A DNA stretch of 64,000 bases from Octopus sinensis (lineage: Eukaryota), in the NCBI RefSeq assembly GCF_006345805.1, contig NC_043018.1, positions 1,302,001-1,366,000 of the forward strand, read 5' to 3'. This document shows, piece by piece, positions 25,835 through 37,319 of the stretch (within the stretch, counting starts at the first letter, position 1; each line of letters begins with the position of its first letter). The notes below the pieces were generated by a model, which was not told the DNA's origin, made no database searches, and was given only the letters and a program-made list of their open reading frames with translations. The translations under genes were made by a program, and so were the position numbers.

Positions 25835-27055
25835 ATTTGTGGGGAGGGGAATAGTCGATTACATCGCCCCCCCCCCGTGTTTCACTGTTACTTAATTTAT
25901 TGACCCCGAAAGGATGAAAGGCAAAGTCGACATCGGTGGAATTTGAACTGAGAACGTAGCATTTCGATCAGTTGGCTAATGATTATTATTCCTTTATTGT
26001 CCACAAGGGGCTAAACATAAAGGGAAAAAAAAAACAAGGAGAGACAAAGGGATGAGGTCGATTACCCCAGTCCTTAACTGCTACTTAATTTATCGACCCC
26101 GAAAAGATAAAAGGCAAAGTCAACCTCGGCGGAATTTGAACTCAGAACGTAACGGCAGACGGAATACCTATTTCTTTACTACCCACAAGGGGCTAAACAC
26201 TGAGTCGACAAGGAAGGACAGACAAACGACAGACAAATGGATTAAGTCGATTATATCGACCCCAGTGCGTAACTGGTACTTATTTAATCGACCCCGAAAA
26301 AATGAAAGGCAAAGTCCGCCTCGATGGAATTTGAACTCAGAACGTAGCGGCAGAGGAAATACCGCAAAGGGCGTCGCCCGGCGTGCTAGCGTTTCTTATT
26401 TCTTTATTGCCCACAATGGGCTAAACACAGGGGGGACAAACAAGGACAGACAAAGGGACTAAGTCGATTACATCGACTCCAGTGCGTAACTGGTACTTAA
26501 TTTATCGACCCCGAAAGGATGAAATGCAAAAGTCGACCTCGGCGGAATTTGAACTCAGAACGTAGCGGCAGACGAAATACCGCAAAGGGCTTCGCCCGGC
26601 GTGCTAAGGTTTCTTATCTCTTTATTGCCCACAAGGGTCTAAACACAGGGGGGACAACAAGGACAGACAAAGGACTAAGTCGATTACATCGACTCCAGTG
26701 CGTAACTGGTACTTAATTTATCGACCCCGAAAGGATGAAATGCAAAAGTCGACCTCGGCGGAATTTCAACTCAGAACATAGCGGCAGACTAAATACCGCA
26801 AAGGGCTTCGCCCGGCGTGCTACGGTTTCTTATCTCTTTATTGCCCACAAGGGTCTAAACACAGGGGGGGGGCATACAAGGACAGACAAAGGGACTAAGT
26901 CGATTACACCGACTCCAGTGCGTAACTGGTACTTAATTTATCGACCCCGAAAGGATGAAAAGCAAAAGTCGACCTCGGCGGAATTTGAACTCAGAACGTA
27001 ACGGCAGACGAAATATGGCTACGCATTTCGCCCGGCGTGCTAACGTTTCTGCCAG
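25835..27055 (-). repeat. Head-to-tail tandem array of SINE family C (5 units of ~180-226 bp plus a fragment)
   Basis: Units start near 25985, 26169, 26396, 26614 and 26830. Confidence 0.92.
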
Positions 27056-27090
27056 AAAATGATGGAGAAACTTGAATCTAACTGCGTAGA

Positions 27091-27457
27091 TGGAAGCACT
27101 CCGTCGGTTACGACGATGAGGGTTCCGGTTGATCCGAATCAACGTAACAGCCTGCTCGTGGCTGAGCACCCCACAGACACGTGTACCCTTAACATGGTTC
27201 TCGGGGATATTCAGCGTGACACAGAGAGTGACAAGGCCGGCCCCTTGAAATACAGGTACAACAGAAACAGGAAGTAAGAGTGAGAGAAAGTTGTGGTGAA
27301 AGAGTACAGCAGGGATCACCACCATCCCTGCCGGAGCCTCGTGGAGCTTTAGGTGTTTTCACTCAATAAACACTCACAACGCCCGGTCTGGGAATCGAAA
27401 CCGCGATCCTATGACCGCGAGTCCGCTGCCCTAACCACTGGGCCATTGCGCCTCCAC
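27091..27457 (-). mobile_element. SINE family B with 11-bp TSD
   Basis: TSD aactgcgtaga at 27080-27090 and 27458-27468. Confidence 0.93.
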
Positions 27458-27629
27458 AACTGCGTAGAAGAAAACTTATGAATATGAAACAACAGTAAAT
27501 GTTACAAACATAGAAATTCAAAACGGAATTTAAGAAGAAACTACTGAAAATTCGCTGAGTAAGAATTACTCATGAAGAACTCTGTGTGAAGCTCGGCAGT
27601 CATGAATAATACTGAATGATATACGTAAT

Positions 27630-28064
27630 AGGAGTGGCTGTGTGGTAGGCGCAGGAGTGGCTGTGTGGTAAGTAGCTTGCTAACCAACCACATGGTTCCG
27701 GGTTCAGTCCCACTGCGTGGCATCTTGGGCAAGTGTCTTCTGCTCTAGCCTCGGGCCGACCATAACCCTGTGAGCGGATTTGGTAGACGGAAACTGAAAG
27801 AAGCCTGTCGTATAAATATATATATATATATGTATGTGTGTATATGTTTGTGTGTCTGTGTTTGTCCCTCTAGCATTGCTTGACAACCGATGCTGGTGTG
27901 TTTACGTCCCCGTAAAGTAGCGGTTCGGCAAAAGAGACCGATAGAATAAGTACTGGGCTTACAAAGAATTAGTCCCGGGGTCGATTTGCTCGACTAAAGG
28001 CGGTGCTCCAGCATGGCCGCAGTCAAATGACTGAAACAAGTAAAAAGAGTAAAGAGTAAAGAGT
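27630..28064 (+). mobile_element. SINE family A with duplicated 5' end
   Basis: aggagtggctgtgtggt occurs twice at the head; full body and (gtaaaga)n tail. Confidence 0.92.
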
Positions 28065-28069
28065 AATAA

Positions 28070-28730
28070 TATTTCTGTAAGAAGCTGTAGCTGGTCAGAT
28101 TTCAGCTGCACAGAGCAAATAGTTACTAATAAATACAAAAGAAAACTAATGATTACAGGTGTAGAATATACAATACTTCAAACTGAGATTATCGACAGCA
28201 TCGTTTCCGACTTCATAAGTACTTGCCAAGTCCAAGTAAATAAAGAGACACGGACGACTAGCTGACTATATTCACTGGGCAGCAATACAATGCTTTCTCA
28301 TGAGAATGAAACAGAAACGACACCATCTTGTATCACACTGGTTTCCAGATAACGAAGCGCGATTAATTATTTGTGGCATGCGATTGACAAGGATATCGGG
28401 TTAAATTCAACTGAAATAATTATCAATGAGTGAAACGAGAATGTTTGCGCCGCGATGGACATCTCGAACCGATCTGCCCAAATATCTTATAGAACAAGGC
28501 CGAGATATTAACAATTTAAAACTTAAATTTGTAATATCAGGAAGAAAATCATGCAAGTGGTTACTTTTATATAATGACTGGGGCACTGAATTAAAAAAGG
28601 TTTCCAGAAAATTATACGTACACTTATTTGCTTTACATAAGATACACAGAATGCCAAAATATGCCCATGCGGTCGAATATCCATGCCTCTTCAAGGACTT
28701 TAGGCATCGTTACAACATAAGATGTACTTG
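28070..28730 (+). mobile_element. R4/Dong-like LINE C-terminal remnant (REL endonuclease region)
   Basis: Broken frames give SAAQ, VLAKSK*IKRHGRLADYIHW and NYLWHAIDKDI, matching the LAK..Y..RHD.xA.YIHW / ILWD pattern of R4-clade elements. Confidence 0.7.
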
Positions 28731-28802
28731 AGATTTATTTTTCTTTTCTGTATTAAAAAAAAACCCCTCTAATTCTGAATTATATATATATATAGAGAGA
28801 GA

Positions 28803-28833
<31 letters not shown>

Positions 28834-28921
28834 AGAGAGAGGGAGAAAGAAAAAGAGAGAGCTAGATAGATATAGATATAGACTGATAGATACATAGATA
28901 GATACATATATATATATATAT

Positions 28922-28971
<50 letters not shown>

Positions 28972-29020
28972 CATATATATATAGACATACATACATATAT
29001 ATACATATATATATACATAC

Positions 29021-29068
<48 letters not shown>

Positions 29069-29079
29069 CATATATACAT

Positions 29080-29112
<33 letters not shown>

Positions 29113-29157
29113 ATAAATATTAGGGAATAAATCCAAATTTAATATAATATATATATA

Positions 29158-29662
29158 CTAGCAGTATCGCCCGGCATTGCTCGGTTTGTAAGGGAAATAA
29201 CTATATAAGCATTTTTAGAGAGTTACTTCCCTTATAAATTCGGGCTTTCTTAGCCATTTTTGTTTTGGTGTCTTCAAGCCATGAAGTCGTTGTTCTAAAA
29301 GAACGCTGGTTTCCTTCACAACGCATTACGCCGTTGATTTCTTTACACTCCCTTCCCCACAGCTTCACGAGGGAGGGAAGAGGGAGAAGCAAACAGGTGC
29401 AGCTGTGAGCGTGGACGCCAACTCCGCCGCCATCGACACACGATGCATTTTATGCATTAAAATGGAATAAAAAATGATGTTAAATTATTTTTAAAATCGT
29501 AGACTCATCGTTGACGCGCGCTAATAGTCAGACGGGCTCGATATGAATCACGACTATAAGATACCCGAATTTGGTTAAACTGCACCGCAAAATGTGGGAG
29601 GAGTTAGGAATCTAAATCGAAGGGGACAGACACTCACACAACTAGAGTTTTATATATATAGA
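29158..29662 (-). mobile_element. Non-autonomous Helitron, copy 1
   Basis: Reverse complement starts TCTATATATATAAAA and ends with a GC-rich hairpin then CTAG; sits between A and T with no TSD. Confidence 0.85.
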
Positions 29663-29809
29663 TATATAAAATTTATTTGTGTCAATGAAAAAGTAATGCA
29701 TATGAGATTCGGGATTTAATGGGACAAAAGGAATAAAAAAGATAACCCAAAGAATCCTACATGGCTTTCAATCCGGTTTGAGAATTGGACCCGCAGCATT
29801 GAAGCTATA

Positions 29810-30314
29810 TCTATATATATAAAACTCTAGTTGTGTGAGTGTCTGTCCCCTTCGATTTAGATTCCTAACTCCTCCCACATTTTGCGGTGCAGTTTAACCA
29901 AATTCGGGTATCTTATAGTCGTGATTCATATCGAGCCCGTCTGACTATTAGCGCGCGTCTACGATGAGTCTACGATTTTAAAAATAATTTAACATCATTT
30001 TTTATTCCATTTTAATGCATAAAATGCATCGTATGTCGATGGCGGCGGAGTTGGCGTCCACGCTCACAGCTGCACCTGTTTGCTTCTCCCCTTCCCTCCC
30101 TCGTGAAGCTGTGGGGAAGGGAGTGTAAAGAAATCAACGTCGTAATGCGTTGTGAAGGAAACCAGCGTTGTTTTAGAACAACGACTTCATGGCTTGAAGA
30201 CACCAAAACAAAAATGGCTAAGAAAGCCCGAATTTATAAGGGAAGTAACTCTCTAAAAATGCTTATGTAGTTATTTCCCTTACAAATCCGAGCAACGCCG
30301 GGCGATACTGCTAG
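29810..30314 (+). mobile_element. Non-autonomous Helitron, copy 2
   Basis: A|TCTATATATATAAAACTC...gcaaCGCCgGGCGatactgCTAG|T; about 8 differences from copy 1. Confidence 0.85.
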
Positions 30315-30985
30315 TAGGATATAAAAAAAAAAAAACACATCTATTTTCAGGGATAGATTTGCAGTTTCAGGTGTTGAACAACGAAGTTGAGGACCGTATT
30401 TTCAAATATTCGTAAATAAACAATAATATATTAGGACACGGAGTTCATGAGAGGAGAGGAGATATTATACATTCAGAGTATGCTATAATGTATTTGAAAA
30501 ATATACATATACGGGTTTAAGGGTGATGAATAATTTATTTAATCATAATATGGATGTTGTGAGCTGTTTAGGGTATTAAACAAAAAATGAAAGATGAAAT
30601 AGATTTTTGAGGGGAAAAAACATAAATGATTTATGGAAATAAAAGAGGAAAAATAACTCCCTCTATATACTATAATAATTACTAATTATCATTTCTATGT
30701 ACTATACATTCCGATATTCAGAAAAAAGTTAATGTTTACACACTACAGAGACGAATATCAATATTTCTGCGAAAAAATTATACGAACTAATACTATGAAG
30801 AGAAAAAAGTAGCTTTTAGGAGGGGAAGGGAAAATAAAATTCGGTGGAAAGTTCTACATAATGCACTACCCTGTATGTATGTATGTATGTATGTATGTAT
30901 GTATGTATATGTATGTATGTATGTATGTATGTATATATATATATATATTATATATATATATATATATATCTGTATACAATGTATA

Positions 30986-31028
<43 letters not shown>

Positions 31029-31078
31029 CTGTATACATGTATATTTATATATATATATATACATGTATACAGATATAT

Positions 31079-31380
31079 AACGGGAAGCTTTATGAAAATA
31101 GACAAAAGACGAAGGCAGGTGGAAAACAAACAACCAATTGTACTAGTATGGCGCTCAGGAAATATAAATAAAACAAGTCTTTAACGTTTCGAGCCTACGC
31201 TCTTCAACAGAAAGATACACAGAGAGAAAAAAACACAGAAAGAAGGAGAGAAAAAAAATGCGTGCAGTAACTAACGAACCAACATGGCGATCTGATTTCG
31301 GCCAGAAGTCAAAGATCAACATGAGACGCGAGAGCGAAATTAGGGGAGATAATAGGGTGAGTGACCAGCTCCAACATAAG
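31079..31380 (-). mobile_element. Penelope-like terminal fragment
   Basis: Contains the hammerhead motif at 31178; shares sequence with 19021 and 37205. Confidence 0.7.
31178..31215 (-). ncRNA. Minimal type I hammerhead motif, A6U core
   Basis: Reverse complement: TCTTT CTGTTGA A GAGC gtag GCTC GAA ACGT T AAAGA. Confidence 0.65.
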
Positions 31381-31663
31381 GGTGTGTGTGTGTGTGTGTC
31401 TATGAGAGAGTATTAGTGCGTATGAGAGGTCTGGAAGGTGTAAGTATAGGTTTGTGTATGTATTAGTATGTATTAGTATGTATAAGGGTGTGTGTGGTGT
31501 GTGTATGAGAGAGTATAGTTCGTAGGAGAGGTCTGGACGTGTGTATGTATAGGGTTGGTGTATGTATTAGTATATATACATACATGTATACAGATGTATA
31601 TATATATATTCATACAGACATACAGGCACATATATTTGTTTATGTATTGTTTTATTTTTGTAA

Positions 31664-32035
31664 TTTTTACTTGTTTCACTCATTTGACTACGGTCATGCT
31701 GGAGCGCCACCTGTAGTTGAAAAATCGAACCCAGAACGTATTCTTTGTAAGCGTAGTACTTATTCTATCGGACGCTTTTGCCGAACAGCTGTGTTGCGGG
31801 AACGTAAACACACTAACATCGGTTGTCAAGCGATGGTGGGAGGACAAACACAAATACACACACACAAACATATACGATGAGCTTCTTTCAGTTTCCATCT
31901 AACAAATCCACTCACAAGGCTTTGGTCGACTAGAGGCCATTCTAGAACACACTTGCCGAATGTGCCACGCAGTGGGACTGAACCGGGATCCATGTAGTTA
32001 GTAAGCCATCTACTTACCACACAACCATTCCTACG
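31664..32035 (-). mobile_element. SINE family A, diverged
   Basis: ttttacttgtttc...gtgccacgcagtgggactgaacc...cttaccacac. Confidence 0.85.
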
Positions 32036-33312
32036 TATGATTGTTTATGATAGATTTCGCACTAGCGAAATATGAACTCAATATATTTCGAGAGATAATA
32101 TTTGTTTTGTAAATCGTACTTACCTACTTTTTTTACGAGAATTTCTTTCGTCAGCAAAACTATTTCTCTTGCAGCCATCCTCAGACGGACTCAAATACAG
32201 TTGTAATAATAGGACAGCGTGATGTAAAATTCCATCTGCGCTTATGTGTACAATAGAGTTAGTAATTGTTTCTCTGGGGGCAATAGAACTACTTTTATTA
32301 AATATTTATATGTGTCACGATTGATATTCTATGAACTTTCCTAAAAATGTATGGCTTCACTGTTGACTTATGTCTTTATTTATACAACATCGGCATCACA
32401 ATGTCGTCTCGAGTATTTTAGTTGGCAGCACAAATTATCAAACTCATCTATATTACTTGAAAAGACACGGCTCTGACGTTTATTGCTACAGTTTCTTCTC
32501 TGTATGATTCTGATACGAAAGAATCTCTGAATAAAGTAGTTTTATTTGAACTTCCCTTCTGACATTCATATGTAAAAATTTCCTCCCAGTGGTTTCTCTG
32601 CGATATGAATGCAGCCTCCAATATAGTTGCTTCGGAGTTACACAACTAATTGATAGCGCGTTAATCTTTTCCTTTGTATGAGCAATAAATGTATTTGGTT
32701 TAAGATACGGTATCTCCATATTCATAAATGTTTTTATAATAGCCGACATCCAATGGATAATGTCTGCTCAATACAAACCACACATGAATGAAATAAGAAT
32801 TGAAGACGTATGATACTTTGAAGGAAACGATAACTCCTTGAAGAACAAACAGAGAGTTATAACTAATATCTACACTTGAAAATGTTACATCTTAGAAAAT
32901 CGCTAACTCAGCACATTCGTATGTAACACACCGGAGCGAAATTCAGAATATATATCTCGCAGAAATTTAATCTACCGATGCTTAATAACTAAGAAAAATT
33001 GTTCCAAATTATCAACATATTTTCTTTTTAGCAGACCCGAATAAGCAACTCTATGAAGTGCAATATATGTGCAGTAACTGGCAATCTCTGATTACTGGAG
33101 ATCGAAACTTATATATGCATGTATATATGATTTATATATATATATATAAATGAAACAGTTCTAGTCCTGTAGAAGCTCCTTCTATAAAATAAATTATTTT
33201 ACTCTGCTATGTATTGAGTACCTTATTTACTGTGGTTAACCCCGACTCACCCCGGGACCTACACAAATATATATATATATAATATATATATGAGATATAT
33301 ATATATATATAT

Positions 33313-33360
<48 letters not shown>

Positions 33361-33670
33361 TATGCATATGCATATATATATATATATGTGATTTTAAACA
33401 TGCGCACGCACACACATACACACACTCACATATATATATATATTGTTTGTAAATATAAACAAATCATAATCAGTCTCTCATTACTAGAGATCGAAACTTA
33501 TATGTGCATGTATATATGATTTGTGTATAAGATTGTATGTATAATTTGTATATATATATATATATATATATATATGTGCAGAGCATATTTATAGTCTTGT
33601 ATGCGCACATTATGCATATATACACTTATATAAACGCATTTGACTCTCTCTATATATATATGGCTTGTGC

Positions 33671-33797
33671 GTGCATGCGTGCGTGCGTGCATGCGTGCAT
33701 GCTCGTGTGCGTGCATGCTCGTGTGCGTGCATGCTCGTGTGCGTGCATGCTCGTGTGCGTGCATGCTCGTGTGCGTGCGTGCGGGAGTGCATGCATG
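33671..33797. repeat. 16-bp minisatellite (GTGCATGCTCGTGTGC)5 with degenerate flanks
   Basis: Five perfect units at 33695-33774. Confidence 0.95.
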
Positions 33798-33996
33798 CGT
33801 GGAAGGTTGAATCAACCAGACTCCAACGAGGCTAATGTTTTTTCTGTGTCGGCAGATTAGTTTTACGTCGCAATATCGATAAAATGATTAGAGTGAAGAG
33901 AGGAAAAACCCAGCGTCGCAGGGGAGGAGGTGCAAGGAAGTAAATTAATGAGAGACAGCTGAGATCATCTAACGTTATCTAACTTAAAAAGTATAG

Positions 33997-34829
33997 TGAA
34001 GGCGCGTGGCTTATTGGTTTGGGCATTCGGCTCACGATCGTAAGGTTGTGAGTTCGATTCCCGCGACGCGTTGTGTCCTTGAGCAAGACACTTTATTTCA
34101 CGTTGCTCCAGTCCACTCAGCTGGCAAAAATGAGTTGTACTTGTATTTCAAAGGGTCAGCCTTGTCACTCTCTGTGTCACGCTGATTATCCCCGAGAACT
34201 ACGTTAAGGGTACACGTGTCTGTGGAATGCTCAGCCATTTGCACGTTAATTTCACGAGCAAGCTGTTCCGTTTGATGTATCAGCTGGACCCTCGTCGTCG
34301 TAACCGGCGGAGTCTTTTAACGTACGTTGGTCCTTGAGCAAGACACTTTATTTCACGTTGCTCCAGTCCACTCAGCTGGCAAAAATGAGTTGTACTTGTA
34401 TTTCAAAGGGTCAGCCTTGTCACTCGTGTGTCACGTGATTATCCCCGAGAACTACGTTAAGGGTACACGTGTCTGTGGAATGCTCAGCCATTTGCACGTT
34501 AATTTCACGAGCAAGCTGTTCGTTGATCGTATCAGCTGGGACCCTCGTCGTCGTAACCGGCGGAGTCTTTTAACGTACGTTGTGTCCTTGAGCAAGACAC
34601 TTTATTTCACGTTGCTCCAGTCCACTCAGCTGGCAAAAATGAGTTGTACTTGTATTTCAAAGGGTCAGCTTTGTCACTCTCTGTGTCACGCTGATTATCC
34701 CCGAGAACTACGTTAAGGGTACACGTGTCTGTGGAATGCTCAGCCATTTGCACGTTAATTTCATGAGCAGGCTGTTCCGTTGATCGTATCAGCTGGGACC
34801 CTCGTCGTCGTAACCGGCGGAGTCTTTAG
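33997..34829 (+). mobile_element. SINE family D: one tRNA-like head plus three tandem bodies
   Basis: Bodies start at 34069, 34325 and 34578; the whole structure is flanked by aacttaaaaa (33981 and 34830). Confidence 0.92.
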
Positions 34830-35034
34830 AACTTAAAAAATAACTGGCTGTAACTGAAAGAGATCGCAGGTTGACGATGTGTTCGTACGTGAATAATAAA
34901 AGGTAAAAACAGCGTATGAAAGAAGAAGGAAAGAGAGGAGGAATGAGGAGAAAGAGAAAACGATGCAAGTGAGATGAATGGAGAAAGATGAGGAGAGTAA
35001 TGAGTTGAGGGACAAGAAAATGTTTAAGGAATTA

Positions 35035-35178
35035 TAAGGTTGTCCCTCCGAAAAGTTCGTAGAAAGTCTTGGAAAATAATGGTCTTTATTTTGAGGAATA
35101 ATTTTTGTTGTTTTTGTTAGTACTTGGCGAGTAAAAATTCAGTTTCGCAAGTGTTTACGAACTTTTGGGACAATCTAA
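35035..35178 (-). mobile_element. Mariner-type MITE (~145 bp)
   Basis: TA-flanked with TIRs aggttgtccc..aaagttcgta / tacgaacttttgggacaatct; reverse complement of 36245-36385. Confidence 0.85.
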
Positions 35179-35576
35179 TAATTGGAGGTGTAGGAGTAGA
35201 CGGCAAAAATACCCCTCGAATCTTCTAATAAGTAGGGCCTTAGCATAGATTCCCCCACCCCACAACCCAAAACTTTAACATGTGCTCACTTACGAGGCAG
35301 CATGTACGATTTGCCCTTACATTAAGAGTAATACAACGTACAATAGGCCTTAGAAGAAATATTACATTACTCAGGGCTTCTTTTGCACGTCGCCTTATCT
35401 CGATTTATTACGTCAAATTCCAAATCTGCGTTTTACACTGGAGTAAAAGGCCGCTGTTTTGCTGACCGCTTTGGTTTGCATATCAGCCTGTCTTCAACGA
35501 CATCAACACTACATTCTTTCATTCACATATCTGTGAGCGGCATTGACAGAGACTATAGATCCTTACTTCTGAGGTA

Positions 35577-35625
<49 letters not shown>

Positions 35626-35837
35626 TGTAAGTTTCGGGATAATTTTCGGTTAAAAGTTGGCGGTTTTTTATTGTAGCCAGCGAAGGACTGCGTCTGCGCA
35701 GTAAAATTTGAAAAGTTAGTTCATATAAACACGAGATAAGTGGCCTTATTTGTCTCGTGTTGGATATGTTTAGCCCTAGGTTGGACCTGCTGAAAAAAAT
35801 CAGACGTTGTGAGTTCCCCTTGACTCGCTAAAAGATG

Positions 35838-36013
35838 ATCAGAAACCAATTGGTTCAGGTAACTAGACGGTAAATGGTTTTCCTTTCCAAAGTTATTCCT
35901 GCCGAATTTTATCCGTTATTTTTGTGGCTTACAGAACCTAGCTGTTCTTTCTAGCTGCTGCATTCCCTATAAGTGGATTCGTTATGTGGTTAAATATACA
36001 CTATATCGTATAG

Positions 36014-36055
<42 letters not shown>

Positions 36056-36240
36056 CAGAAACCAATTGGTTCAGGTAACTAGATGGTAAATGTTTTTCCT
36101 TCCCAATTTTATTCCTGTCGAATTTTATCCGTTATTTTTGTGGCTTACAGAACCTAGCTGTTCTTTCTAGCGTGCTGAATTCCCTATAAGTGGATTCGTT
36201 ATGTGTTTAAATATACACTATATCGTATGACTGATATATA
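35838..36240 (+). repeat. Direct tandem duplication of ~185 bp separated by (TA)n
   Basis: atcagaaaccaattggttcaggtaactaga... starts at 35838 and 36054; roughly 90% identical by eye. Confidence 0.9.
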
Positions 36241-36244
36241 TATA

Positions 36245-36385
36245 TTAGGTTGTCCCAAAAGTTCGTAAACACTTGCGAAAATTGAATTTTTACTCGCCAA
36301 GTACTAACAAAAACAACAAAAATTATTCCTCAAAATAAAGACCATTATTTTCCAAGACTTTCTACGAACATTTGGGACAACCTTA
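36245..36385 (+). mobile_element. Mariner-type MITE (~141 bp)
   Basis: TA|ttaggttgtcccaaaagttcgta ... tacgaacatttgggacaacctta|TA. Confidence 0.88.
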
Positions 36386-36404
36386 TATATATGTAAATAT
36401 ATAT

Positions 36405-36520
36405 TTATTTATGCGCCCTTTCCAAGCCTAGCTTGGCTCATAGCCCCGGTCTCCCGGTTTCTATGGTGTATGTCTTCTACCTACCTGGACGGGACGCCAG
36501 TCCACCGCACCGTTACTCAG
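36405..36520 (-). mobile_element. SINE 3' fragment with a Meta-domain-like core
   Basis: Reverse complement tgcggtggactggcgtcccgtccagg...catagaaaccggga resembles, from memory, the conserved central domain of metazoan MetaSINEs. Confidence 0.5.
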
Positions 36521-37095
36521 TGTGGCCGATACGTTAAAAAATAAAAGACACATACATATACGGGCGTGTATAATTTACATATTCGTGTATTTATATGAAC
36601 GTATATTTATATTTACCAGAAAAAGTATGTGTGTGAGTGTCTATATACATTCATCATAAAACACACATATACACAAACGTATGAGAAGTGATAGATAGAC
36701 GGAGAGAAAGAGGGAGAGAAGGGAGAGAGGGGGAGAGAGAGAAAGGCTAGAGAACGAGAATCATATTCACGTACACATTCATATTTCGTATATGTCTCCA
36801 ACGTCAAGCATTTTTTTAATTATTGATCATTATCGGAAGAGACGACTTATTAATAATACAATAGCAATTTGACAACAAACAAACAAAAAAACGTAAAAGA
36901 AACATTCTGCTGAATGTCTACTTCTTTCCGAAGAATTTACTAATTCATGACCTTCTGGAATACAGTTTTACCTACAGTTCTTGGCGTTATTTTTTGTGTG
37001 CCATTTGAATGAATTTATTGTGTTCATAAGTAAAATTTACATTTTCATTAAGAAAAAACTACGCCCTATATTCGTCACTTATCTCTCTCACTCTG

Positions 37096-37126
<31 letters not shown>

Positions 37127-37210
37127 AGACGGCAGAATTCACAAAAAAAAGAAGACGGTGGTGTAGACGACAAACAGATGTATTAGTATAATGCTTGAGA
37201 AGTGAAAAAG

Positions 37211-37248
37211 TCTTTAACATTTCGAGCCTACGCTCTTCCACAGAAAGA
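37211..37248 (-). ncRNA. Minimal type I hammerhead motif, A6U core, second copy
   Basis: Reverse complement: TCTTT CTGTGGA A GAGC gtag GCTC GAA ATGT T AAAGA. Confidence 0.55.
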
Positions 37249-37319
37249 AACAAGGAGAGAAAGCAAAAAATGTTTAGTGGTTGGCGATCTATCATGGTAA
37301 ATGCCAGACCGAAGGGTCA

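Noticed and set aside
25985-27055. Regularly spaced repeats that might look CRISPR-like (also 33997-34829)
   Set aside because: Whole units of 215-255 bp are repeated with no unique spacers, they match dispersed SINEs, and there are no cas genes in this eukaryotic DNA.
33061-33550. Twice-repeated tctc...gagatcgaaact motif as further hammerheads
   Set aside because: Stem II and GAAA are present but there is no recognisable CTGANGA-type core or stem I.
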